Shown here one piece after another: positions 18,196 to 27,756 of a stretch of 64,000 nt of DNA (the first letter of the stretch is position 1; each line of letters begins with the position of its first letter). The translations under genes were made by a program, and so were the position numbers. This stretch comes from Minisyncoccota bacterium (lineage in GTDB: Bacteria > Patescibacteriota > Minisyncoccia > Phycocordibacterales > UBA9973): contig JAGOPR010000001.1 in NCBI GenBank assembly GCA_017991895.1, positions 13,089 through 77,088 of the forward strand, in the 5' to 3' direction. The notes below the pieces were generated by a model. It was not told the origin of the DNA, ran no database searches, and saw only the letters and a list, made by a program, of their open reading frames with translations.

Positions 18196-18768
18196 ATGCA
18201 AACACGTAAACATGTACCGGAAATTATTTTAACAGCAATACACATTGCTGAACAAAATGAAATTGAACAGCTCTTGGTAACAGCTTCCCAAATGGCTGGG
18301 GTTGATATTAGAAAAATGTCGAGCGAAATTGGGATTCATCCCGATAAAGTAATCAGGCACCTACTATCGATCGTAAGAAAATCCCAAAAAGGTATATCAT
18401 TTAATGACTTGAGAATTTCGAGTGTAAACGCAACAACGCTCGAGCCAACAGATGATAAGTTGGACAGCCGTTTTCTTGAATACTTTAAAGATGCAAGTAA
18501 TGCGAAACTTGCCTACCTACAGGAAGCATTTGAAACAAATGATCCAAGGGTAGCAATGCTTGAGAACGCATGCGACCTATTGCGTTCTGTCGCATCTGGA
18601 CCAAGACAAGTTTACTACGCGACAAAATATGCATTCAGTTTTGTCGAAACCATCTCAGAAGCAAGAAAAGTTTACGGCCTTATTTCCGAAAACTACCAAC
18701 TTTCTGAAAAGTACGCAATTAAATATATTGCAAAATATTTTTACTGCAAAACCAAAGCTGAAGCTTAA
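18196..18768 (+). CDS. Hypothetical protein
   Basis: ORF; terminator at 18793-18827. Confidence 0.35.
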   Translation: MQTRKHVPEIILTAIHIAEQNEIEQLLVTASQMAGVDIRKMSSEIGIHPDKVIRHLLSIVRKSQKGISFNDLRISSVNATTLEPTDDKLDSRFLEYFKDASNAKLAYLQEAFETNDPRVAMLENACDLLRSVASGPRQVYYATKYAFSFVETISEARKVYGLISENYQLSEKYAIKYIAKYFYCKTKAEA

Positions 18769-18869
18769 GAATTATTATCTGCATTATTTACACCAACCCC
18801 CGCTCGATGAGCGGGGGTAAGTTTTTGCCTGAATTCAATTCTTAATTTTTAATTCCTAATTCTTAATTA

Positions 18870-18929
18870 GAGTAAGCGTTAAAAAGAAAAAACACCCTTT
18901 CGGGTGTTTTTTCTTTTTAACGCTTACTC
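18870..18929. terminator. 28-bp perfect palindrome hairpin overlapping the rpsI stop (bidirectional terminator)
   Basis: gagtaagcgttaaaaagaaaaaacaccc tttc gggtgttttttctttttaacgcttactc. Confidence 0.7.
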
Positions 18930-19318
18930 CACTGTGGTGCCTTACGGGCCTTTTTGAGACCGAACTTGCGGCGTTCCTTAGATCGAGGATCGCGTTTGAG
19001 GTATCCTTCCTTCTTGAGTTTAAGTTTATTGTCTTCTGACTTTTCAGAAAAGAAACGTGATAGTCCATGACGGATTGCCTCGGCCTGAGAATGAATCCCG
19101 CCACCTGAAACAACTACAGTAATTTCATATTTCTCGTCTGGCTTAACAAGCGTCATCGCATCATTTACCACCTTTGCGAGTGCTGGAGTTTTAAAATAGT
19201 CCTTTACATCGATTCCATTTACAGTAAATGAATTCTTGCTTGCAGGTGTTAGACGTACGCGACTTGTAGAAGTCTTACGGCGTCCAATTTTCTCTGTGTA
19301 TGTTTTCTTTTCTGACAT
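18917..19318 (-). CDS. rpsI: 30S ribosomal protein S9
   Basis: GGG..SQA.A...G...AL, C-terminal ...RKF.K.AR. Confidence 0.95.
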   Translation of the reverse strand: MSEKKTYTEKIGRRKTSTSRVRLTPASKNSFTVNGIDVKDYFKTPALAKVVNDAMTLVKPDEKYEITVVVSGGGIHSQAEAIRHGLSRFFSEKSEDNKLKLKKEGYLKRDPRSKERRKFGLKKARKAPQWSKR

Positions 19319-19331
19319 ATATTTATAAATA

Positions 19332-19700
19332 TTATTCTGTTACAGTAAGCTTTTTCATAATCTCTGGTCGGAGTTTGTTTGGAGGAAGCATTCCGTATAC
19401 TGCACGTCGAAGTACTTCTTCAATGCCCTTCTTCTCAAGTACCTGAGCTAGAGTTTCATAACGAAGACCACCTGGGTATCCAGAATACTGAGCATACTTT
19501 ACTGTATCTAGCTTTCTTGGATCAATCTTTATGTCTTTAGCATTCTCGATGATTACCTTACCACCAGTTATTTTATGGCGCTCAAAAGTAGCTTCGTCCT
19601 TACCCATGAGCAATTTTGCAACTGCACTTGAGAGACGTCCAATAGTCATGCCCTTAGCATCGATTGTTGTTATTTTACTGTTGTTGTTTGTTGGTTTCAT
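19332..19700 (-). CDS. rplM: 50S ribosomal protein L13
   Basis: GRLSSAVAKLLMGK..., YSGYPGG, GMLP motifs. Confidence 0.9.
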   Translation of the reverse strand: MKPTNNNSKITTIDAKGMTIGRLSSAVAKLLMGKDEATFERHKITGGKVIIENAKDIKIDPRKLDTVKYAQYSGYPGGLRYETLAQVLEKKGIEEVLRRAVYGMLPPNKLRPEIMKKLTVTE

Positions 19701-19701
19701 A

Positions 19702-20064
19702 TTATTTTTCTTCTACAAACTCAATTACAGCCATACGACTTGCATCTGACTTTCGTACTGGAAGTTTAAGCACACGCGTATAGCCACCTCGTCGGCTCTT
19801 GTACAATGGTGCAATTTCTTCAAAAAGCTTCTTTGTCTCAGTCTTGCGATTGAGGAGTCTTGATACTGTAAGTCGGTGACTAGCTGTATCTCCCTTCTTT
19901 GCAAGAGTTACAAGAGGTTCAATATACTTGCGAAGCTCTTTAGCTCGTGCTTCTGTCGTAGTAATTTTTCCGTGACGAATAAGATCGAGCATGAGACCTT
20001 TCAAAAAGGTACTGCGTACTTTGCGTTCTCGTCCGAATTTTCTGTTTTTGTTTGAATGTCTCAT
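19702..20064 (-). CDS. rplQ: 50S ribosomal protein L17
   Basis: MRH..K.RKFGR...R. Confidence 0.95.
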   Translation of the reverse strand: MRHSNKNRKFGRERKVRSTFLKGLMLDLIRHGKITTTEARAKELRKYIEPLVTLAKKGDTASHRLTVSRLLNRKTETKKLFEEIAPLYKSRRGGYTRVLKLPVRKSDASRMAVIEFVEEK

Positions 20065-20086
20065 GGCTTAATAAATACTTAATTGA

Positions 20087-21052
20087 TTACTTTAGTGTAA
20101 TACCGTAGTTGGATAATATCTTTTTGATTTCCTGAATACCCTTTTCACCCATCCCTTCTATTTCAAGAAGATCTTCCTTTTTCTTGCGTGCAAGACCGCC
20201 AAGTGTGCGGATACCTGCTCCTGCAAGAGCGTTTAGGATGCGGGCTGAAAAGTCGAGAGTATCAATACGAGTTTTTAGAACTTCGCTCATGTCATCTTTA
20301 TCGCCTGATGAATCATCGTTTGATTCTACATCAGAAACAATTTCTGTTTCGTTCATTTCATCAGAAAATTCAAGTACGGCCTTAAGCTGATCGATCATGA
20401 TTTTGATTGAGCGCTCAAGTGCAACTCGTGGAGAGATTGTTCCATCAGTTTCAATTTGCATTCGAAGACGGTTGTGGTTTGTTTTGTCTCCGACACGCAT
20501 GTTTTCTACTTCGTAAGAAACACGACGAATAGGAGTAAAGATTGCATCAACTGCGATAGTACCGATATCTACTTTGCCTTTCTCGTGCATATCTCGAGGC
20601 ATAAATCCAAGACCTTTCTCTACACGAACCTCGATAGAAAGAGACGCGCTCTTGTCTGTGAGTTCTGCTATATAAAGCTCTGGGTTTAACACTTCAAGCT
20701 GACCAGAAACACTCATTTCACCAGCTGTAACTTTCTTTGCACCTTTTACTGAAAGTGTTGCTGTCTGAGGTTCATCAGATGTCATTTTAAATCGAACCTT
20801 CTTCAAATGTAGGAGAATAAGCACAACGTCTTCCTTGACGCCTGCGATGGTGGAGAATTCATGTGGCACACCGTCTATCTTAACGGATGTAATTGCAGCA
20901 CCCGGAAGTGAGGAGAGCACGATGCGACGGAGAGAGTTACCTAGAGTATGACCATACCCAGGGTAAAGACCGTCGATTTCATACACACCCTTCGTGTCGT
21001 TTTCTGAAACGACGCGAGGCTTCGATGGAAGAATGATGTTGTGTTCCGACAT
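20087..21052 (-). CDS. rpoA: DNA-directed RNA polymerase alpha subunit
   Basis: NTD/CTD architecture and conserved operon position. Confidence 0.93.
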   Translation of the reverse strand: MSEHNIILPSKPRVVSENDTKGVYEIDGLYPGYGHTLGNSLRRIVLSSLPGAAITSVKIDGVPHEFSTIAGVKEDVVLILLHLKKVRFKMTSDEPQTATLSVKGAKKVTAGEMSVSGQLEVLNPELYIAELTDKSASLSIEVRVEKGLGFMPRDMHEKGKVDIGTIAVDAIFTPIRRVSYEVENMRVGDKTNHNRLRMQIETDGTISPRVALERSIKIMIDQLKAVLEFSDEMNETEIVSDVESNDDSSGDKDDMSEVLKTRIDTLDFSARILNALAGAGIRTLGGLARKKKEDLLEIEGMGEKGIQEIKKILSNYGITLK

Positions 21053-21097
21053 AGTATATAAGTTAAGTAAATAATAATGCTTTGACGCAAAAAGATA

Positions 21098-21712
21098 TTA
21101 ACGACTGTAAAACTCGAACACTGCATTAAGATTGATAGCAGAACCAGATTCAAGAACGGGAGTACCTTCTACTGTTGCTTTGATGTTTTCTGCATCAAAC
21201 TTAAGCCATTTAGGAACTGAATAATTTTCTAGTTTCTTCGGGAGATTTGCAAAAAGGACACTTTTCTTTGAACCCTCGCGAGCAGTGATAACATCGCCGA
21301 TAGATACAGTGTGTGATGGAACCTTTGTACGCTTTCCGTTTACTACGAAGTGTCCGTGAGAAACCATCTGTCGTGCGAGTCTTCGTGTGTGTGCAATACC
21401 AAGTCGGTAGACTACGTTATCAAGACGTGACTCAAGTGAAGCAAAAAGTTTTTCTGCGGGATTGCCTCCTTTTGTATCAATAGACTTGTTTACATAGTTA
21501 CTTAGCTGACGCTCAGTAATTCCGTATGAAAAACGAACACGCTGTTTTTCGATAAGCTGTAGACCGAAATCAGAAAGTGCTTTACCGCGCTTGTCTTTTC
21601 GCTTACCTGCAGCGTGACGAGCCTCAGAAAGAGCAAACTTCTGTGTTTGTGTTTTCTCGAAGACCGCTGGGCCGAGACGTCGTGCAATTTTATATTTTGG
21701 ACCGATTTTCAT
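21098..21712 (-). CDS. rpsD: 30S ribosomal protein S4
   Basis: Conserved S4 N-terminus and operon position. Confidence 0.93.
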   Translation of the reverse strand: MKIGPKYKIARRLGPAVFEKTQTQKFALSEARHAAGKRKDKRGKALSDFGLQLIEKQRVRFSYGITERQLSNYVNKSIDTKGGNPAEKLFASLESRLDNVVYRLGIAHTRRLARQMVSHGHFVVNGKRTKVPSHTVSIGDVITAREGSKKSVLFANLPKKLENYSVPKWLKFDAENIKATVEGTPVLESGSAINLNAVFEFYSR

Positions 21713-21745
21713 AAATTAGTTAGAGATAGTAAGTGATTATTAGGA

Positions 21746-22183
21746 CTATACGCGACGAGGCTTCTTTGCCTTTGGACCATTGTGAGGTACTGGAGTAGCG
21801 TCCTTGATACCTGTGATGTCGATACCATGACTCATAAATCCTCGTATTGCTGGTTCGCGACCACTACCAACACCTTTAACAATAACGTCAGATTCTTTAA
21901 TTCCTAGAGCAATAACTTTTTCACCAACAGTTTCTCCGACTTTTGAAGCTGCAAAAGGAGTACCCTTTTTTGCACCTTTGAATCCAAGACTACCTGACGA
22001 TGACCAGAAAATAGTATTTCCTACTTTGTCAGAAAAACTTACTTTTGTATTATTGAAAGTTGCCTCAACATGAAGAGTACCTGATAGTAGTTTCTTTTTA
22101 GGTACTTTTACAGCCACCGGAGCTTGTACTGCTCCTTCTGCTTTTTCGGCGACGTCTTCAGTTGTAATTTTTTTCTTTGCCAT
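21746..22183 (-). CDS. rpsK: 30S ribosomal protein S11
   Basis: S11 signature and operon position. Confidence 0.93.
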   Translation of the reverse strand: MAKKKITTEDVAEKAEGAVQAPVAVKVPKKKLLSGTLHVEATFNNTKVSFSDKVGNTIFWSSSGSLGFKGAKKGTPFAASKVGETVGEKVIALGIKESDVIVKGVGSGREPAIRGFMSHGIDITGIKDATPVPHNGPKAKKPRRV

Positions 22184-22284
22184 AATGTTAGTTAGTAGAT
22201 AGTAGTTAGTAATTAGTAGTTTAGTTATTTTCGAATTCGGATTTTATTTCCTACTATCTACTAATTACTAACTACTTACTAGCT

Positions 22285-22665
22285 CTAAGTCTTTTCAAGT
22301 TTGCGCTTACCAGATCCCATAGTGTGACGAACGTTTCCACGAATTGTTCGTGAGTTTGTCTTTGTACGTTGTCCTCGTACTGGGAGACGTCGAGCATGGC
22401 GACTACCTCGGTATGATTTGATATCTTTCAATCGCTTAACGTTCGCAGAAACTTCGCGTTTAAGCGTACCTTCTGTTTTCATTGTTTCGATTGCCTTACG
22501 GATTGTATTTTCCTCTTCAGCAGAAATTTCTGTTGGCTTTTTTAGTGGAGAAACACCTGCGTCATTAAGAATACTTACAGCCATTGAACGACCAATACCA
22601 TAGATGGCAGTGAGGCCAAATTCAAGGCGCTTGTTGTCTGGAATTGTTATACCTGAGATACGCAT
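22285..22665 (-). CDS. rpsM: 30S ribosomal protein S13
   Basis: MRI.G..IP....E..LT.IYGIG. Confidence 0.95.
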   Translation of the reverse strand: MRISGITIPDNKRLEFGLTAIYGIGRSMAVSILNDAGVSPLKKPTEISAEEENTIRKAIETMKTEGTLKREVSANVKRLKDIKSYRGSRHARRLPVRGQRTKTNSRTIRGNVRHTMGSGKRKLEKT

Positions 22666-22721
22666 GAAATTAGTTAGTAGATAGTAGTTAGTAATTAGTA
22701 GTAATTAAATTTCAACTGGGC

Positions 22722-22832
22722 TTACTGTTTTTGCTTGTGTTTAGGATTCGAACAAATGACACGCAAATGGCGGTCACGACGGACCATTTTGCATTTATCG
22801 CACATTAGTTTTACCCGAGCTCGTACTTTCAT
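22722..22832 (-). CDS. rpmJ: 50S ribosomal protein L36 (36 aa), missed by the ORF track
   Basis: Hand translation [36 protein letters not shown] matches the L36 C-x2-C...C...H zinc ribbon; lies between infA and rpsM as expected. Confidence 0.85.
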   Translation of the reverse strand: MKVRARVKLMCDKCKMVRRDRHLRVICSNPKHKQKQ

Positions 22833-22938
22833 AATAAAATTGATTACTGATATTTTATATAATTAAAATTGCACATTACGATAAAAAGATTCCAACAACT
22901 CAATATCCGTAGAGCAGTTGCTTCTCAATATTTAAATT

Positions 22939-23157
22939 TTACATTCGTCGGACTATCCGACCTCGTCCTCCGTCTGGAGCCATTACTAGCTCTACGGTAT
23001 CACCGACCAAAACTTTGATTCGATGAAGACGCATCTTGCCACCTAAGTACGCGAGTGTTTCCCGCTCGTCAGGAGATAGCTTCACTCTAAAGAGTAAATT
23101 AGGAAGTGTCTCAGTGACTGTTCCTACTACCGGTTTTTCATCTTGGTTTTTACCCAT
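22939..23157 (-). CDS. infA: Translation initiation factor IF-1
   Basis: S1-like fold; GKMR...I.VL.GD.V. Confidence 0.9.
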   Translation of the reverse strand: MGKNQDEKPVVGTVTETLPNLLFRVKLSPDERETLAYLGGKMRLHRIKVLVGDTVELVMAPDGGRGRIVRRM

Positions 23158-23222
23158 TGGCAGACAAAGCTTAGACTAACAAATATATCTAATAAGGTCA
23201 AGTACGACGGTGGATTGCCAGA

Positions 23223-24557
23223 TTAGACGGCGGGGTTTGTGATGGTTACTTTTATTCGATCTATGTTTTTCGGGAAAGATCTTTTCCAAAAAGGCTTGAG
23301 AACAACCTGCGCTTTATCTACCCCACTAAATGTAGCTATAAGTGCCTCGAAGTCCGATTTCTTTCTTGAAACCAAAAGACGCTGTATGTTTTCAGGACTT
23401 AAAATCCATAAGATATCAGCCTTTCCATTCAGGCTAAATTGAAAAGGAGCATTATCATCTTCGCTTAAAACTGATCCAGATTTTGGTAACAGAGAAAGTG
23501 ATGCAAGTTTTGGAATACTTACTGGCTCGTCTTTGTACTGGCTAATAGATTGAAGAGCGAGAGCTCGAATTAGTGTATCTTGTTTCAAAAGATACACAGT
23601 CAGCGAACCATTCAAAACCACAGGAACCTCTGATTCTTTTGAGTACGAGACCTGAACTGCTGGATCAGAAATAAATACAGTAGCGCCCTCATAAAAGAGG
23701 TAACCCTCCGGAACCTGTACTCGAGCCTTCGCGATTAGCGAGCCCTTTAGTTTTTCCAGCAATGTTGAGTGGGCTCCGTCCGCAGTACTTTTCTCAATCA
23801 TGTAAACTTTACCAGAAGCCCCTCCAACAAATGGACGTTTTATTTTAGCCGTTATTTTTTGACCTTGAGGCAATTTTGAAAGCTTCTGTATCGATAAATC
23901 TCCACTTTCAATATTCCCTTCCTCTCCAGCAAGTACAGCTTCGGCCCCAACTTCAATTGTACCAGCAGTTACCTTGCCCGCCTTGCTCGTAATATAACCA
24001 GGGATTTTTACAGTTTTTTCGGTTACGTATATTCGTCCGTCACTAGACACGAGAGCTGTGCCTTTTGTTACAGTGTACGTCCCCTTTGTGTAAGTATTTG
24101 AAAGAAGCACCGAGCCTTTAGCACGATCAGATAGTACTTTTGATTGCGACGAAGGCAACCGTAATGTTTCACTTCCTGAGAGCCTCATTACTGTATAAAC
24201 AATACCTGGATCTGTCGTATCCTTTAATGCTGTAAATGTGTCGCTTGTATCATAAACAATCGTCATGACCTTCGGTGTGACGTTTACCGAAGCAGATTCA
24301 AACAAGAAAGAGAGCGATAGGAGTAATCCCACCAAACAGATAACCGCAACATACCATAACGCGTAACGAGGCGAAGATTTTGATGGAACTGGCTCGAAAG
24401 GTATTTCCCGTGGAATCGAGCTTGCGCGAGAAGCATTCTCACGAATCTTCATGGGTGTAACCACGCGAGCGTCACGTGAAAGCGGTTTTATATCTTCAAT
24501 AATATTTTTTCTTATCATTATTTTATTTCTGCTTACGAGCACTAGCCAAAACTTCAA
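23223..24557 (-). CDS. Hypothetical membrane-anchored protein (single N-terminal TM, large extracytoplasmic domain)
   Basis: ORF downstream of the PilM/FtsA-like gene. Confidence 0.4.
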   Translation of the reverse strand: MKFWLVLVSRNKIMIRKNIIEDIKPLSRDARVVTPMKIRENASRASSIPREIPFEPVPSKSSPRYALWYVAVICLVGLLLSLSFLFESASVNVTPKVMTIVYDTSDTFTALKDTTDPGIVYTVMRLSGSETLRLPSSQSKVLSDRAKGSVLLSNTYTKGTYTVTKGTALVSSDGRIYVTEKTVKIPGYITSKAGKVTAGTIEVGAEAVLAGEEGNIESGDLSIQKLSKLPQGQKITAKIKRPFVGGASGKVYMIEKSTADGAHSTLLEKLKGSLIAKARVQVPEGYLFYEGATVFISDPAVQVSYSKESEVPVVLNGSLTVYLLKQDTLIRALALQSISQYKDEPVSIPKLASLSLLPKSGSVLSEDDNAPFQFSLNGKADILWILSPENIQRLLVSRKKSDFEALIATFSGVDKAQVVLKPFWKRSFPKNIDRIKVTITNPAV

Positions 24558-25701
24558 TCATGCTAAAAGGATTACGCGGTACTCCTTCCTCAAAATCTAG
24601 TGCTGTGTGAAAAAAAGTTGCGTCTAATGGGATTATCTTAAATTCTTTCTCGGTCAAAGCATACTGACCAAACTTTTCTGTTTTTATCGCATCAACAAAC
24701 CATGGCCCAACATAACTATCTACTGTAATAAGTATTGTATCAGGAAGTGAGAGTTCATTCGAGGTTGAAAACAAAGCTTTCTGAAAATGTTCCAACCATT
24801 CTTCTTTCGCCTTAGTCAAAATTTTTTCACATGTTTCCTTAATGGAATTTTCAACCTTATTTTCCATGTACAGCATACAAAGAGTTACGGACTCGGGAAT
24901 ACTACGCTTAAGCTCTATACTCAATCGTCTTAACATAAAATTTTTACCTTCAGGAAATGAAGTCGACTGAATAAGAGTACCGTCCTTTACGTATGACACG
25001 TCTGTTACTTCTCCTCCAATATCAACGAGTATGTAGGACTGCTGATGCGGAAAGAAGTCTCTAGAAACTACAAATGATGCGCCGATAAACGACGAAAAGA
25101 TTACTTTTCTGTGACCAAAGTTTACTGAAAGATGGTCTTCTATCTTTTTTAGAATATGCTCTGAGGAAATCGCTAGAAAGATTGAAAGCTCTAGTTCGTG
25201 GGCTATTACTGAAATTGGATCATTGTGTGCGTACCCGTTTAATTTTACCTGTAACGTATTTGACTCAATGACTCGTATAGCTTCATTAGTATGCATTTTC
25301 TTCGTTACTTCCTCATCTTCAAATGCTTTAAGCTCTTTCGCTATTATATCTCCTAGCATTACCTTTGTAACAACAAAAGGCGTGGGTCGAGAAACTTTAG
25401 CCACACGCACCTGCGATGCGTACCATGGTGAGGCAAGGTAAACTTGAATTCTATCCGGCGGTACTCTTTTTTTTCCATGCAGTCCCGATATAGAGTGTTG
25501 GAGGGCTCGCATCATCTCACTTTCAAATCGAGAAAAAGATAAATCTGAGAGGACTGAAATTTCAGAAGTTACCGAAGCAGAAATAATTGGAGTCGCGCCT
25601 CCGAAAACAACATAAGATGCTGTTACAGACGAGCTTCCAATATCAATAACAAGCACGTTCTCTGCCGTATTTTTCTTCTTTAAGAAAGAGAAAATTCCCA
25701 T
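24523..25701 (-). CDS. Actin-like ATPase, PilM/FtsA family
   Basis: N-terminal VLVIDIGSSSV phosphate-1 motif; start moved to the internal ATG (MGIFSF) that sits 6 nt after a TATAAT box. Confidence 0.5.
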   Translation of the reverse strand: MGIFSFLKKKNTAENVLVIDIGSSSVTASYVVFGGATPIISASVTSEISVLSDLSFSRFESEMMRALQHSISGLHGKKRVPPDRIQVYLASPWYASQVRVAKVSRPTPFVVTKVMLGDIIAKELKAFEDEEVTKKMHTNEAIRVIESNTLQVKLNGYAHNDPISVIAHELELSIFLAISSEHILKKIEDHLSVNFGHRKVIFSSFIGASFVVSRDFFPHQQSYILVDIGGEVTDVSYVKDGTLIQSTSFPEGKNFMLRRLSIELKRSIPESVTLCMLYMENKVENSIKETCEKILTKAKEEWLEHFQKALFSTSNELSLPDTILITVDSYVGPWFVDAIKTEKFGQYALTEKEFKIIPLDATFFHTALDFEEGVPRNPFSMIEVLASARKQK

Positions 25702-25744
25702 GCAGATATTATACCTGCACACTTACATTTTTGAAATAGCAAAA

Positions 25745-27481
25745 CTAGCTAAGAACAGCTTTAATACGGCGTACACCTTGAGATGAGGCTTCTTCTTTTT
25801 GTATTTTAAAAACTCCTAGCTCACTTGTATTGTTTACGTGTGGACCTCCGCAGAATTCTTTCGAAACAGCATTAGCATTTTTGTCTTCAATAAAGTAAAC
25901 GGAAACAGTGTCGGGATACTTCACCCCAAATTCCATTTCAGCACCGAGTTTTTCAGCTTCGGCACGAGGCATTTCACGGCGTATAACTGAAAGGCCATCA
26001 GAAATTCGTTTGTTCACGATATCTTCCACTTTCTTTTTTTCTTCGTCGGTCATTTTACGGTCAAATGCGAAATCGATACGGAGACGTTCTTCGGTGATAT
26101 TACTTCCCCGCTGTTTTACTTCTTTTCCGAGCACTTCTTGAAGTGCAGACAAGAGAAGATGGTGAGCGGTGTGGAGGCGAATTGTTTTTTCGTTATGATT
26201 TGCGAGTCCACCTTTGAACATTCCGGCAGATGATGTCTGAGAAAGCTTTTGGTGCTCAGCCATTTTTTTCTTAAAATCTTCCATATCAATTACCTGTCCT
26301 TTTTCCTGTGCGAGTTCAAGCGTAAGCTCAATTGGAAATCCAAATGTCGTTGCAAGAATAAAAGGATCCTCCCCTTTTTCAAATTCTTTCATTCCATCTT
26401 CAACTGTTTTTTTGAATTTAATTATTTCATCTGCTATTACCTTGATATTTTCCGGTGAAGCAACTTCAGGATACATCGTTTTGTATTTACCAACAAAAGC
26501 CTCAACTATTTCGATTGAGAGATTTCCGGAAAAACCGAGTTTCAACGAACGCACAATCGCGCGACGAAGAAGTCGACGAAGGATATACCCCCGATCTTTG
26601 TTTGAAGGCACGACACCGTCTGCAACCATAAAGAGAGAGGTGCGCAAATGATCTGTAACTACACGAGCGTATGATTCGTTATAATTACTCGAACCATTTT
26701 TAATCATCATCATTACATCTGACAATATATCCGTGTCATAAGCAGTTTGTTTTCCCTGCATAACAGCAGTAATGCGTTCAAGACCAGCGCCCGTGTCTAC
26801 GTTTCGTTGTGCAAGTTTTCCGACAACTTTATCATCCTTCTTTTCGTATTCCATGAATACGTCATTCCAGATTTCAATTATTGATTCGTCGTCGGTCGCT
26901 TTAACAAACTCCTCTTTAGTGAGATCTCCTTTATTTCCAGTCATGTCGTAAAACATTTCGCTTGATGGGCCACACGGGCCATTCGGCCCCGGACTCCACC
27001 AATTGTCTTTGCCGAGCGCATAAATGCGATGTTCAGGAATTCCCATACTCATCCACAAATCTTTTGATTCCTGATCGTACGGTGCATTTTCGTCACCTTC
27101 AAAAATCGTGAAGTAAAGACGATTCACATCGAGCCCAAGTCCTTCTTCTTTTGAAGTAAGGAATTCATAGCTCCACTTGATTGCGTCTTCTTTGAAGTAG
27201 TCACCAAGTGACCAATTGCCGAGCATTTCAAAAAATGAAAAATGGCGATTGTCGCCTATGTCTTCTAGGTCACCTGTACGAACGCATTTCTGCACATTAG
27301 CGATGCGCACACCTTGTGGATGCTTTTGTCCAAGAAGATACGGAACAAGCGGTTGCATACCTGCAGTATTAAATAGTACAGAGGGGTCGTTAAGTGGCAC
27401 AAGTGGCGCAGATGGAACAATCGCGTGTCCACGTTTTTCAAAAAAAGCTAGGAATCTTTTACGAATTTCTTCTGAAGTCAT
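25745..27481 (-). CDS. alaS: Alanyl-tRNA synthetase (short form, 578 aa)
   Basis: Class II AlaRS catalytic N-terminus; editing-site motifs HTAHHLL and CGGPHV; no C-Ala domain. Confidence 0.85.
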   Translation of the reverse strand: MTSEEIRKRFLAFFEKRGHAIVPSAPLVPLNDPSVLFNTAGMQPLVPYLLGQKHPQGVRIANVQKCVRTGDLEDIGDNRHFSFFEMLGNWSLGDYFKEDAIKWSYEFLTSKEEGLGLDVNRLYFTIFEGDENAPYDQESKDLWMSMGIPEHRIYALGKDNWWSPGPNGPCGPSSEMFYDMTGNKGDLTKEEFVKATDDESIIEIWNDVFMEYEKKDDKVVGKLAQRNVDTGAGLERITAVMQGKQTAYDTDILSDVMMMIKNGSSNYNESYARVVTDHLRTSLFMVADGVVPSNKDRGYILRRLLRRAIVRSLKLGFSGNLSIEIVEAFVGKYKTMYPEVASPENIKVIADEIIKFKKTVEDGMKEFEKGEDPFILATTFGFPIELTLELAQEKGQVIDMEDFKKKMAEHQKLSQTSSAGMFKGGLANHNEKTIRLHTAHHLLLSALQEVLGKEVKQRGSNITEERLRIDFAFDRKMTDEEKKKVEDIVNKRISDGLSVIRREMPRAEAEKLGAEMEFGVKYPDTVSVYFIEDKNANAVSKEFCGGPHVNNTSELGVFKIQKEEASSQGVRRIKAVLS

Positions 27482-27713
27482 ATAGAGTCAAACTAAAAAA
27501 TAATCGTTACTAATATATAAATGTAGACCTAAACTTGCCCGCCTGAACGCTATAATCTCGATTGCAAAACGAGTTTCGTCCGTCAACGATGCCTTAGCAT
27601 CGCCTCCATCCTCATCCTCGTTTTTCACTTCGAAATTCTACCCTTCATCTCGGGCATTATTTTTGAGGTTGACTCTCCGATAGTATCAAAAGTTTGCTCT
27701 ATCTCAAAATACA

Positions 27714-27752
27714 CAAAAAGACGCCCAGCCTAGGCTGGGCGTCTTTTATTTT
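27714..27752. terminator. Hairpin terminator
   Basis: aaaagacgcccagcc tag ggctgggcgtctttt. Confidence 0.65.
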
Positions 27753-27756
27753 GAAT

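Noticed and set aside
22741-22760. tRNA-like T-arm string 'ggattcgaac'
   Set aside because: It lies inside the hand-verified rpmJ (L36) coding sequence. There is no acceptor or anticodon stem around it, and no tRNA genes were found in the window.
23223-25722. Calling the pilM-like gene plus the 444-aa membrane protein a type IV pilus operon
   Set aside because: Only the actin-like ATPase fold is recognisable. No pilN/O/Q, pilin or ATPase partners are in the window, so FtsA-like function is equally possible.
27482-27756. Possible T-box leader upstream of alaS
   Set aside because: No T-box consensus (AGGGTGGNACCGCG) or specifier/antiterminator arrangement on the alaS strand. The region only holds a hairpin terminator and short local stems.
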